Both the position numbers and the translations under genes were made by a program. 28,634 bases of DNA from a virus (taxonomy: Duplodnaviria > Caudoviricetes): IMG/VR virus record IMGVR_UViG_3300044641_000723, positions 1 to 28,634 of that record; one strand, written 5' to 3'. Below the pieces are notes generated by a model. The model saw nothing but the letters and a program-made list of their open reading frames with translations. It did not search any database and was not told the origin of the DNA. Positions 1 through 8,472 of this stretch are shown here, one piece after another. Within the stretch, counting starts at the first letter, position 1; every line of letters starts with the position of its first letter.

Positions 1-2
1 GC

Positions 3-1121
3 CGTTACACTACTTGAGAATGTAGCAGCACCTCCAACTGCAAAAGATAATTTAGCTGCACCTTCACTCCAAACACTTGTAATTCCTCCTGTTTTGCAAC
101 CTAATTCAGCATCTCCACCTGCCGTTTGGCGAAGAAATGCTCTTGCAATAGAGCCTGTTGTTATTTCTCCTGCTGCTTGAACCGAAGAACTAAATGTAGC
201 TGCGCCTGAAGAATCAAATCTTAAAAAATTAGTATTACCATAAGCAATAGAGAAACCTGTTTGGTCTACGTTTGGATTTCCTGCAACTAAATTTACTGCT
301 TGACCACCTGAACCTGTATTTTGAATAACTAATCTTGAACCTGATTGGTCTGCATTTGTTATTGATAAAGCACCTGTCAATGTCCCACCGCTTAAAGGCA
401 AATAACTACTCAATGCAGAAGATGTAATATATCCTGTTGGATTAGATGCTAAATAATAAGTTGAATTATCATAAGTGATTGAAGTACCTGATGCCTTCAC
501 AAATCCTGTACCATTTAGTGCTTGTTGCTTACCATTAAAAGTATTCCAATCAGTAGAACTTAAAAATCCACTTGTAGATGTATTAGCTTGACTTAAACTT
601 ATAACATTACCTGAAATGCTTAAAGGTGCAGATGCGCCTGTTAGTCTTAAACTATATGCAGTATCTGCATTTGCTCCCTGCGCTGCAGTTGCAAAATCGC
701 CTGTGTTATTATTAGCTGCAGTACCAAATGTTCTATATGCTAAAACATCCGTTCCAATAACTAATCCTAAAGATGTTCTTGCAGTTGCTGCATTTAATCC
801 ACTAGAACCGCCATCCCATTTTAATCTTTCAGCATATCCTGCATCCCATTCTGTTTGTTTAGCCGTTGTAGGGATAGAATACCCTGAAGTAAATGTAACC
901 GCTAAAGTACCACTTGTTGTAATAGGAGAACCTGTTACAGTTAATCCTGTTGGTACAGTCATAGCAACACTTGATACAGAACCTGTTGAACCAAATAAAC
1001 TTGATATTTGACTTAATGTAATCTTCTTTAATTGCCCTGTTGCTGCATCCCCTACCACCGTTAAATCATTGACTGAAGGTGCAACATTAGTTCCTAATTC
1101 GTTTATCTTTTTACTTTGCAT
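3..1121 (-). CDS. Tail fibre / receptor-binding protein, N-terminal part (runs off left edge)
   Basis: Not in ORF track (no stop in window). ATG at 1121 gives MQSKKINELGTNVAPSVND...; open to the edge; G/S/T/A-rich with fibre-like motifs (YLPLSGGTLTG, GFLSSTDWNTFNGKQ, GAATFSSSV twice); last gene of the structural operon. Confidence 0.8.
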   Translation of the reverse strand, partial: MQSKKINELGTNVAPSVNDLTVVGDAATGQLKKITLSQISSLFGSTGSVSSVAMTVPTGLTVTGSPITTSGTLAVTFTSGYSIPTTAKQTEWDAGYAERLKWDGGSSGLNAATARTSLGLVIGTDVLAYRTFGTAANNNTGDFATAAQGANADTAYSLRLTGASAPLSISGNVISLSQANTSTSGFLSSTDWNTFNGKQQALNGTGFVKASGTSITYDNSTYYLASNPTGYITSSALSSYLPLSGGTLTGALSITNADQSGSRLVIQNTGSGGQAVNLVAGNPNVDQTGFSIAYGNTNFLRFDSSGAATFSSSVQAAGEITTGSIARAFLRQTAGGDAELGCKTGGITSVWSEGAAKLSFAVGGAATFSSSVT

Positions 1122-1122
1122 A

Positions 1123-1545
1123 TTATGGTATTTGACAGGTATCGTTTAATGAAGATAATGTTAATGAAAAGTCTATTTTAACACCTGCTAAATAATCAGG
1201 GTCTGATTCCGTATAAAAAGAAACAGTCATATTATCACTAGCAATCCAATTATAAATAGGGTCTCTTAATTCAGCAACCATATCCTGACCTATTAAAGTC
1301 ATATCACTTAATACCTCTGTTTCGTTTGTTTCTTCCATTAACATTCTATCCATACAATAGATAGAAAAATTATATTGTATTTGTTTAGCTAAAATCTGAG
1401 CATCAGTTAAAGTAAAGAACATAGCAGGATAAGTAACTTCGCCATTACTTAACCTTTCCCATACATCCCCAAAATACACAAACTTAATTTGCTCGTGATT
1501 GTTTGCGAATGTTGTTATTGTTTTTACTATTTGATTTAATGTCAT
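1123..1545 (-). CDS. Putative tail terminator / tail completion protein
   Basis: 140 aa, acidic, YPAMF motif and C-terminal beta strand (LAGVKIDFSL); lies after the head-tail adaptor. Confidence 0.5.
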   Translation of the reverse strand: MTLNQIVKTITTFANNHEQIKFVYFGDVWERLSNGEVTYPAMFFTLTDAQILAKQIQYNFSIYCMDRMLMEETNETEVLSDMTLIGQDMVAELRDPIYNWIASDNMTVSFYTESDPDYLAGVKIDFSLTLSSLNDTCQIP

Positions 1546-1612
1546 TCTTTTTTGTTTTTTCTAAATAAACTTTTAGCTTATTTTGATTTTTAATATTTGC
1601 TTCTTTGCTCAT
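1484..1612 (-). CDS. Small basic hypothetical protein (42 aa, MSKEANIKNQNKLKVYLEK...)
   Basis: ATG 1 nt after the stop of 1614..2186; fills the gap and overlaps the next gene; not in ORF track. Confidence 0.4.
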   Translation of the reverse strand: MSKEANIKNQNKLKVYLEKTKKNDIKSNSKNNNNIRKQSRAN

Positions 1613-1613
1613 A

Positions 1614-2186
1614 TTAGCAGCCTATTTTACCTTGATATTTTTGTGCTAGGTTTTTATTCTCATAACAACTATCATCCTCTAAAAACAAAGATGAAGTGTA
1701 ACCTTCTAAATCAGGAACTATTGTATCTATACCACTTGTAAAGTTTAAATATTCAGGGAACATAGTATTGTTCTGTCTTAAATATTTAATCAATCTTTGC
1801 TTATAAAATTCTGCTCTAGTCCTGTATCGGTTTGCCACATCAATCATATCCTGCATTGATGGGTTTTCTTGATTATCGCCACCTTTGCGAAGCAATCCTT
1901 TGTTATAGAACTGATATGATAACCCCATAGGCAATTCACTCATAACATAATAAATAAGGCAATCAGTAACATAGTTATCTAATAAACCTTGTTCATCCAT
2001 ATTTAAGGTGCAGTTATTAACTCCATCTTGTAATCTGTTATATAATGTACTACCCAATGCAGGTAAAATATACATATCCTGTGCAGTCTTGATTTCAGGT
2101 AAAACTAATTTTTCATCTACATTTGCGTGTAGACCTGTTCTATCTTTAATACTCTGTACCGATATGAATAATGTATTTAATGACAT
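1614..2186 (-). CDS. Putative head-tail adaptor/connector
   Basis: 190 aa helical protein directly after portal; AQDMYILPALGSTLY and YKQRLIKYL motifs typical of Bacteroidetes phage connectors. Confidence 0.55.
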   Translation of the reverse strand: MSLNTLFISVQSIKDRTGLHANVDEKLVLPEIKTAQDMYILPALGSTLYNRLQDGVNNCTLNMDEQGLLDNYVTDCLIYYVMSELPMGLSYQFYNKGLLRKGGDNQENPSMQDMIDVANRYRTRAEFYKQRLIKYLRQNNTMFPEYLNFTSGIDTIVPDLEGYTSSLFLEDDSCYENKNLAQKYQGKIGC

Positions 2187-2190
2187 CTTA

Positions 2191-4173
2191 TTATTTTTTT
2201 CTTGTAACTATGTTTGTTTTCCACTCGTGTCTGCAAGATTCGCTATGCTCACCGCTTGGCATTGTCCACCAACCACCTGCTCTATCCCAAACAGAGTATC
2301 CTAATCTTGCTGAAATTTGTTCTATGTCGCTTCTACTATATAGCTTTTTTGCTCTAATTAATTCTTTGCAAAATGGTCTGCTATTTGATATATCCGAATC
2401 ATTAAATCCTGATTTCCAACCATATGAATAACGAACCAAAATTTCAGTAGTCTGTGGTTTTACATTACCAACTGTCTTGCTTAATGGTTGCACCAACTCC
2501 CTAGAAATAATGATATTGCTATTTATTCCCTTCCCTATTTTTTCCTGACTTGTTTTTAATATCTTTCTATCTTCTAAGTCTTTTAAAATAGTATTAATTG
2601 TATCTACGCTTTCATCTAAAACCTCTGCTAATACTTCAGGTGTAATATCCTTTTGTTTAGCAATTTGGTCTAGAATATCAGATTCTAATTGATTAACATC
2701 TGCAAACATATGATAGTCTGATTCTTCGTTAAAACGCTTTTTAGATTTCCATACATTGTATGCATCTTGACTTTCTCCAAACTCGTAAAATACGCTAAAG
2801 TCTTGCGCTGCAAATTCAGCATCTAATTCTGCACCTAACCATAGATTCACTTCTTCATCACTTAAAGCATATCCTGTTTTAAGCATTGCAGTAGCTTGTT
2901 CTCTGTTGATTTTCCCTTTAGAAAATTCACGAATGATACGCTGCATATTTTGCCATTCACGACCTTTTAAGCCTTTGATATGCTCATTAACTGACAATTC
3001 CTGTACAGGTGCAGCAGCATCTGCAACAGGAGCATATTTAGTCATATCAATACCAATCTTTTCTAATATCCATTCTTTAGGCGCATTAGCTGCTATTGTA
3101 GCCTCACTAAATTCAATACCTATTGGTTCTGTAGGGATAATCTTAATTTCACTTGTTACCCCTTTTAATTTAGCTAACATATTAAAGATACTTTCTAAAT
3201 GCATTTGTTTAGCATTCACATAAGTGTTCTTAAATATTTCATAGCCATCACGCATTTCTGTTCTAGTGCCTAACTTACCTGCTTCAGCAATACCCATAAT
3301 AGAAGGGGTAGTTACCTGATGCCCACTAAATATGTTAGTCTGTATCAATTCATCTATCTTACCAAAATCTTCTTTTGTTAAATCACTTGTACCTAAATCA
3401 TCAATAACAGGCTTTCTAGATATATCATTTACAAAGGCAATCATATATTTTTTGCCATCTGCACCGCTATAAGTCTTTCTAATTCTATTATCTACATTGC
3501 GTTTTTCTTCATCATTAGGCTCACCATTTGGTAAGGTAATAAGTTTACTAGCAGAAAACCCTGTCTGTGCATTTCCTAAGATATGCTTAGATACCTCAAT
3601 GTCAGATTCAATATAGTTTAATGCAGCAAAGTATGAAGGCAATCCATAGATACCAATGTTAGGTCTGTATTCCTTAACATATAAAATCTGCTTACCTGTT
3701 GGTAGCTTAGGATTAAATGCAGCAATCACTTCAGGCTTTACCTTGTTATCCTTCCAATCTTCTTTATACCAATACTGCGTATTATCTTTATTTGTGCGTA
3801 TTTTAGTATAATCACAATGCCAAATTTCTGCAAGGTTACCTGATAAATCCCAAATAACCTCCATATAAGAACCACCGAATATTTCAATATCCAATGATAC
3901 CTTTCTAGTTAAATCATTTAAAGATTCAACTCTATTTGCTTTGTCTATGAATGCCTGTGCATCAGGCTGACCTGACCAACCATTGCCTGTAATATAATGC
4001 ACCTTACTTTTAATAATGGCACTATGCTTAGATGACTTATTATATAAATCTACTATGTATTCAGGATAGTCATTGTTTTCGCCATATTTAATGTACCCAC
4101 CATCAATACCTTTCTTCTCTTTGAATTCAGGTTGTTTGGCTTCTGCGAATGTTAATACTCTTAAATCTATCAT
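2191..4173 (-). CDS. Portal protein with C-terminal wHTH-like and MuF-like extensions
   Basis: N-term YGENNDYP..LYNKSSKHSAII, YGLPSY, IFSGHQVTTPSIMGI (portal core); C-term RPFCKEL...GGWW...SCRHEW. Confidence 0.8.
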   Translation of the reverse strand: MIDLRVLTFAEAKQPEFKEKKGIDGGYIKYGENNDYPEYIVDLYNKSSKHSAIIKSKVHYITGNGWSGQPDAQAFIDKANRVESLNDLTRKVSLDIEIFGGSYMEVIWDLSGNLAEIWHCDYTKIRTNKDNTQYWYKEDWKDNKVKPEVIAAFNPKLPTGKQILYVKEYRPNIGIYGLPSYFAALNYIESDIEVSKHILGNAQTGFSASKLITLPNGEPNDEEKRNVDNRIRKTYSGADGKKYMIAFVNDISRKPVIDDLGTSDLTKEDFGKIDELIQTNIFSGHQVTTPSIMGIAEAGKLGTRTEMRDGYEIFKNTYVNAKQMHLESIFNMLAKLKGVTSEIKIIPTEPIGIEFSEATIAANAPKEWILEKIGIDMTKYAPVADAAAPVQELSVNEHIKGLKGREWQNMQRIIREFSKGKINREQATAMLKTGYALSDEEVNLWLGAELDAEFAAQDFSVFYEFGESQDAYNVWKSKKRFNEESDYHMFADVNQLESDILDQIAKQKDITPEVLAEVLDESVDTINTILKDLEDRKILKTSQEKIGKGINSNIIISRELVQPLSKTVGNVKPQTTEILVRYSYGWKSGFNDSDISNSRPFCKELIRAKKLYSRSDIEQISARLGYSVWDRAGGWWTMPSGEHSESCRHEWKTNIVTRKK

Positions 4174-4544
4174 TGTCTAATTGTATAAGTGTCTGTTGTT
4201 GTATATTGGTTATATGTCAAGGTAGAACCTGAAAGCCACATAATCCCTGTTTCTAGCTTATTTAAGCCTGTAATATCTAAATTGGTAGTACTTGCTTGTT
4301 CGTATATTTCGTATGTGTACTGACCTTCTAATGCGTTTTTAAACTTAGTATTTGTAACTATGCTAAACTGATTAAATCTGTCTTTGTATAAACTTGTATC
4401 TGCTGCGTTTAATACTACGAATTTAATGACATTATTACTACTCCTATTCGTGAACACAAATAAATAATTAGGGTTAGTCAATAACTGCTTTTCAGTTAAT
4501 GTCATAACAATAGTATTAGTTTCGCCTTTAGTTAAATGTATCAT
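4170..4544 (-). CDS. Hypothetical virion protein (Ig-like/beta-rich)
   Basis: GQYTYEIYEQ motif; ATG at 4544 preferred over TTG at 4547; ATGA overlap with portal start. Confidence 0.55.
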   Translation of the reverse strand: MIHLTKGETNTIVMTLTEKQLLTNPNYLFVFTNRSSNNVIKFVVLNAADTSLYKDRFNQFSIVTNTKFKNALEGQYTYEIYEQASTTNLDITGLNKLETGIMWLSGSTLTYNQYTTTDTYTIRQ

Positions 4545-4650
4545 CAATTATAAATAGCAATTATATAAATATTTACAAAATGAATCAGTAAAGGTAAAAC
4601 TTGACTTATGTTGTAATAAAGTAAGTCAATAACTTTACTTTTTGACACAT

Positions 4651-4682
4651 AAAAAACCCCCACCTTGTTTAAGGGTAGGGGA
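4651..4682 (-). terminator. Intrinsic terminator after major tail gene
   Basis: Minus strand CCCCTACCCTT-AAAC-AAGGTGGGGG followed by T6. Confidence 0.75.
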
Positions 4683-4708
4683 ACTAAACTATGAAAAACT
4701 ACAAACTT

Positions 4709-5227
4709 TTATCCTGCAGTTGTAAGTGCAGCAGCAACTGTGCTATTTACTTCAGGTGCTAATGCAGGTTCTGCACCTGTAAAAGTCAAAGTGTAACCAC
4801 TTCTATCACCTTCAGCAGTTCCTGATGTTGCGTTTCCTGCAGTCAAATCTAATGCTCTAGTTTTACCTAAGTAGAAAAACTTGCCATTATTATCTTTTGC
4901 AACCGCTACAAGTCTGTTCTGTGCCAATAACAAGATTTCGTTTCTTGTATTAGCTTGTAGCTTATTTAAAATTATTGTTAATTCAGGTGTAAAAAACAAA
5001 GTACCATTTTGAACATTTGATGCTACATTCTCTGTGAACATAGATGTTCCTTTTGTTAATTCGTATTTATAGAATCTTTTACCTGCAGCCTTTGTTAAAG
5101 CAGTAATTACACCACTAGCTTCGGTAGTAGAAGTTACATCTGAACTTGCAATAAAATAAACTTCCGTAATGCCACCTAGTGAATCACGGCAATCTAAGGT
5201 ATATCCTTGTGTTAATGCGCACGGCAT
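4709..5227 (-). CDS. Major tail (tube) protein
   Basis: 172 aa, MPCALTQG..DCRDSLGGITEVYF start, SGTAEGDRSGYTLTFTG end; follows MCP, flanked by terminators. Confidence 0.65.
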   Translation of the reverse strand: MPCALTQGYTLDCRDSLGGITEVYFIASSDVTSTTEASGVITALTKAAGKRFYKYELTKGTSMFTENVASNVQNGTLFFTPELTIILNKLQANTRNEILLLAQNRLVAVAKDNNGKFFYLGKTRALDLTAGNATSGTAEGDRSGYTLTFTGAEPALAPEVNSTVAAALTTAG

Positions 5228-5248
5228 ATTGTATTATTTTATTGTTTT

Positions 5249-5278
5249 AAAAAATGGGGAGTATATTTCAACTCCCCT
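5249..5278 (-). terminator. Intrinsic terminator after major capsid gene
   Basis: GGGGAGT (5256-5262) / ACTCCCC (5271-5277) inverted repeat, T6 tail on minus strand. Confidence 0.8.
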
Positions 5279-5284
5279 ATATCA

Positions 5285-6235
5285 TTAGATAGTTACCTTT
5301 ACGATTTCATCAGGGAATGCAACGTTCACACCCATTTTGAATTCTGCAGCAAATCTTACTTCATCAGCTTCTTTAGCAAAGAAGATTTCAAATTTTTCTT
5401 CTTCGTTCAATAAGTCTGTACCTAAGAACAAATTGCTTAAACGCATTGCGTAAACATCGTTTGTACCATTAAGACCTTGTAAAGCTACTACTTTAATTGA
5501 AGTACCCGGAAGTACAAATTCAGAATCAGCCTTACCATCAAATGCATAGTTGAACATATTTGCGTTCTTCAATGCAATAGTGTAAGTTCTGAAAGTATCC
5601 ATACCACAAACAATAACCATATCATCAGCAGCTACTACTTTTGCAGGGATTGCTCTGTAAACACCATCAAATAAAGAAATTACGTTTGCAGCAGTAATAG
5701 ATGTCAAAGGCGCACCTGAAATAAATCCTGATACGTTTGCATCAACAACACCTGAAGCAGCACCAATCAATTTGATTAAACCATCAAACTTGTTTAAGTT
5801 ACCGTTTGCAGATGCAGTATCACCCTGCCAAATTGCACTCTCTAATTGAGAAGCAATAGTCTTTGCTTTCTTGTCAGAAAATTCTTGCTCAAAAGGAATT
5901 GAATCGTACTGAGAACCTGTAGGTAAAGCCTTTTGTAAATACTTAGATTCTAATGTCTTAGGACATAAAGCCTCTTGTACTTTGATTTTACCAACTGTTA
6001 CAGTTCTTTGTGTGAAAGAAGTTGTACCTGATGCGTTCCAACCGCAAGTACCACCTGCTTGGAAAAATGCATCTGTGTCCATAATGTTGATTGTCTCTGC
6101 AGACTTTACACCAACCATTACGTTACCTGCGCTTTTAATTAAAGCTGCAGTTTTTGCGCCTAATACTGAAGAAGTAACCAATAATGCTTCGTTCTCTTTA
6201 GTATAGTTTGCTAATGAACTTACTGAAAATGCCAT
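5285..6235 (-). CDS. Major capsid protein
   Basis: 316 aa after scaffold; IASQLESAIWQGD...FDGLIK motif typical of HK97-fold capsids; terminator follows. Confidence 0.85.
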   Translation of the reverse strand: MAFSVSSLANYTKENEALLVTSSVLGAKTAALIKSAGNVMVGVKSAETINIMDTDAFFQAGGTCGWNASGTTSFTQRTVTVGKIKVQEALCPKTLESKYLQKALPTGSQYDSIPFEQEFSDKKAKTIASQLESAIWQGDTASANGNLNKFDGLIKLIGAASGVVDANVSGFISGAPLTSITAANVISLFDGVYRAIPAKVVAADDMVIVCGMDTFRTYTIALKNANMFNYAFDGKADSEFVLPGTSIKVVALQGLNGTNDVYAMRLSNLFLGTDLLNEEEKFEIFFAKEADEVRFAAEFKMGVNVAFPDEIVKVTI

Positions 6236-6246
6236 TGTTTATAAAT

Positions 6247-6852
6247 TTATTTGTTTAAAATTGCGTTTCTATATTTCTCAATTCTTTCGTACTTGCTATC
6301 ATTAGTAGTTACATAAGATTGAAATGCGTTTGCTGCTTTTTGAGTAGGCTCTGCAGTTGGGGTGTTTGAAAGTGCTTCTACTAATTCAGCTACTTGTGCA
6401 AAACCTTGTTTTACTTTGCTCTCTAATTCAGCAATTTTTGCTTCTAATTGACTTTTTTGCTCTGCAAATTCAGCCTTTAATTCTTCAGCCATTGCAGTTG
6501 TGTCTTGTGCAGGTGGAACAGGTGCAGCAGGTGCAACAGGTTCTACTTCTACAACATCAGACTTAGGTGATTCAATTTCTACGATTGCGCCTAATTCATC
6601 AACTACAATAGATGTACCATCCATTAATTGATGCTCACCTGCAGGAGCAGGAGTACCATCAGCCATTTGTACCATACCACCGATTTCTAAAGCAGATATC
6701 ATAATTTTCGTTCCATCTACTAAAGAATATTCAGCCATTTCTACCTTTGTAACTTCAGGTGCAACAGGTGCAACAGGAGCAACAGGCTCAACAACTTGTG
6801 GCATATCTTCAAATAATGCTCTTATTTGTTGTAATGCTTCTTTTGGATTCAT
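6247..6852 (-). CDS. Capsid scaffolding protein
   Basis: Acidic, Pro/Ala-rich, C-terminal coiled coil; PAPAGEHQLMDGT motif; directly upstream of MCP. Confidence 0.7.
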   Translation of the reverse strand: MNPKEALQQIRALFEDMPQVVEPVAPVAPVAPEVTKVEMAEYSLVDGTKIMISALEIGGMVQMADGTPAPAGEHQLMDGTSIVVDELGAIVEIESPKSDVVEVEPVAPAAPVPPAQDTTAMAEELKAEFAEQKSQLEAKIAELESKVKQGFAQVAELVEALSNTPTAEPTQKAANAFQSYVTTNDSKYERIEKYRNAILNK

Positions 6853-6894
6853 AAATATTTTAATATAAATATTAAATATGTGGATATGTTATCA

Positions 6895-6999
6895 CTTAAC
6901 CGCTTATCCTTACTATTTACCGTTCATCACATTTATAAAAAAAAGTCCCCAAATGTTTGGAAAGTGTACAGAACCTGTGTATATTTGTTATGTCATTGA
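6895..6999 (+). promoter_or_regulatory. Early promoter cassette copy A (operator boxes + Bacteroidetes -33/-7 promoter)
   Basis: ATTTACCGTTCATCA 6915-6929 (degenerate copy at 6895), TTTG 6956-6959, 20-nt spacer, TATATTTG 6980-6987, TTATGTCATTGA 6988-6999. Confidence 0.8.
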
Positions 7000-7024
7000 G
7001 AGAGAGCCAACAAAAACTAGAAAT

Positions 7025-7126
7025 ATGAACCACAAAATTTTGCCACCACCATTAGAAATTAAATTGTTCCTTTATTTTATAGGAGCAGCTATTATTAGTG
7101 TTTTAATCCAATTATTAATCAAATAA
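7025..7126 (+). CDS. 33-aa single-TM micropeptide (MNHKILPPPLEIKLFLYFIGAAIISVLIQLLIK)
   Basis: First ATG after promoter A with A-rich leader; C-terminal part of ORF-track 6878..7126. Confidence 0.6.
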   Translation: MNHKILPPPLEIKLFLYFIGAAIISVLIQLLIK

Positions 7127-7135
7127 ATATAGACT

Positions 7136-7711
7136 ATGAAAAATCTAATTGAAAAGTATGAAAGTTTAGGATTCCATCTTTCTATGAAAGAAGAACCAAT
7201 GATTATTGGTTATTGCGTTAGAAAAGTTAGTAAAGCAAGATTTAAAAAGCCTTTATTCAACTACAGATTCAGAAGTGCAGAAAGAATGATTGAGTTCTGT
7301 AATGAATGGATTGAAAGAGTAGAAGCTAATATTAATTCTTTAAACCAAATAAAAGAACAAAAAAAGATTGCTCAACAAAATATGAACCACAATTATAAGG
7401 TTGGTCAGGTTCTTTATAACAGTTGGGGTTATGACCAAACTAACATTGATTTCTATCAGATTGTAGCAGTTAAAGAAAAATCAATAGTTTTGCAAGAAGT
7501 TTGTAAAAGTATTGTTGCAGGGTCTGAAGGTTTTATGTCTGCTCGTGTTAAGCCTGTTGAAAATGCCTTTATTGGTGAACCAATTTTAAAGAAGGTTGTT
7601 GTTTCAGTTAGTTACAATGGTAATGTTAGCTACTACATTAAAGCAAAACACGGTTGCTTCTGCGAATATGCTGCGAATGAAAATGGTGTTTATAGCAGTT
7701 GGTATGCTTAA
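7136..7711 (+). CDS. Hypothetical phage protein with SWGYDQTNIDFYQ motif
   Basis: 191-aa ORF with ACTATGAAA start context, in the + strand insert. Confidence 0.75.
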   Translation: MKNLIEKYESLGFHLSMKEEPMIIGYCVRKVSKARFKKPLFNYRFRSAERMIEFCNEWIERVEANINSLNQIKEQKKIAQQNMNHNYKVGQVLYNSWGYDQTNIDFYQIVAVKEKSIVLQEVCKSIVAGSEGFMSARVKPVENAFIGEPILKKVVVSVSYNGNVSYYIKAKHGCFCEYAANENGVYSSWYA

Positions 7712-7721
7712 TTAAATTAAA

Positions 7722-8246
7722 ATGAATAAAATAAAATATAACTCACTTGCTCTTGCTGCTGAATACCACAAGTATCAGCAGTATGGGGTTAAGCCTTACT
7801 TATACCATTTACTAAATGTATGGTATGAAGCAGAAAATTTCTGTAACGCAAACAATATTAAAGGTATTAAATTAGATGTAATCCTTTCTGTGTGTGCGTT
7901 GCACGATACTTTAGAAGATACTGCATTAGATGAAAATAAAATCAAGCTAATACACAAAGAAGTTTTTAATAGTGTTAAGCTACTGACTAAGAAGCCACCT
8001 TTAAACAGGTACTATATTGAAATTGCTAAAAATGAAATAGCATCTATAGTTAAACTGTGTGATAGAATATGCAATGTCAGAGAATGTATTAAGAACAGAG
8101 ACTACCGTAAATTAAAAAAGTATATAAATGAATCTAAACAATTCAAGATTATATACTCTAAGTTTAACAAGCCATTATCTAATAAATTAGAAAGACTTTA
8201 TTTAAAAGGAAAATTGATTAGTAGCTTTCGTATTCCTCTTTGCTAA
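7722..8246 (+). CDS. Small alarmone hydrolase (Mesh1/SAH-like HD domain)
   Basis: RSH hydrolase motifs in order: AAEYHKYQ, PYLYH, ALHDTLEDT, VKLLTK, VKLCDRICN. Confidence 0.85.
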   Translation: MNKIKYNSLALAAEYHKYQQYGVKPYLYHLLNVWYEAENFCNANNIKGIKLDVILSVCALHDTLEDTALDENKIKLIHKEVFNSVKLLTKKPPLNRYYIEIAKNEIASIVKLCDRICNVRECIKNRDYRKLKKYINESKQFKIIYSKFNKPLSNKLERLYLKGKLISSFRIPLC

Positions 8247-8436
8247 TAATCTTTCCTTCAATAAACGCTTCAGTTAACGGTTTCAAACCAATGTTAACTT
8301 CATAAGGTTTCCCACCTTTTCTTTTAGCCTCATAGCCACCTTCAGGAATACTTCTAAAGACAAATTCTTCAAAAGTGTTTTCAAAGAAAACTTCCTTTCC
8401 ACTAGCAATTTCACTAATTAAGTTCTCATTTCTCAT
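8218..8436 (-). CDS. Candidate immunity/antitoxin protein (72 aa)
   Basis: Small Glu-rich ORF directly after the synthetase domain, with own promoter; ends ISKEEYESY; function inferred from position. Confidence 0.6.
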   Translation of the reverse strand: MRNENLISEIASGKEVFFENTFEEFVFRSIPEGGYEAKRKGGKPYEVNIGLKPLTEAFIEGKIISKEEYESY

Positions 8437-8440
8437 ATAT

Positions 8441-8472
8441 CAAATGTACTAATTATTTCTGATTATCCCAAA
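8441..8472 (-). promoter_or_regulatory. Bacteroidetes-type promoter for the 72-aa gene (probably leaderless)
   Basis: Minus strand TTTG (8472-8469), 20-nt spacer, TACATTTG (8448-8441), ATG 4 nt downstream. Confidence 0.7.

Noticed and set aside
616-1011. 131-aa + strand ORF and other + strand ORFs (2008, 2171, 2906, 5982, 6357, 8638, 8884, 10854, 11220, 12918, 15981, 16199, 17580, 17750, 18545, 19194, 21955, 23209, 23703, 24319, 25650, 27636)
   Set aside because: Antisense shadows of well-supported minus-strand genes, without leaders or recognisable motifs
4549-4572. TATAAATA as a T4-type late promoter
   Set aside because: Lies on the non-coding strand relative to the genes; treated instead as the reverse motif CTATTTAT
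6515-6790. Tandem CAGGTGCAA repeats in the scaffold gene
   Set aside because: Explained by PVAPVAP low-complexity linkers
6878-7024. N-terminal 49 codons of the 82-aa ORF
   Set aside because: Runs through the operator boxes and promoter; the real start is likely ATG 7025
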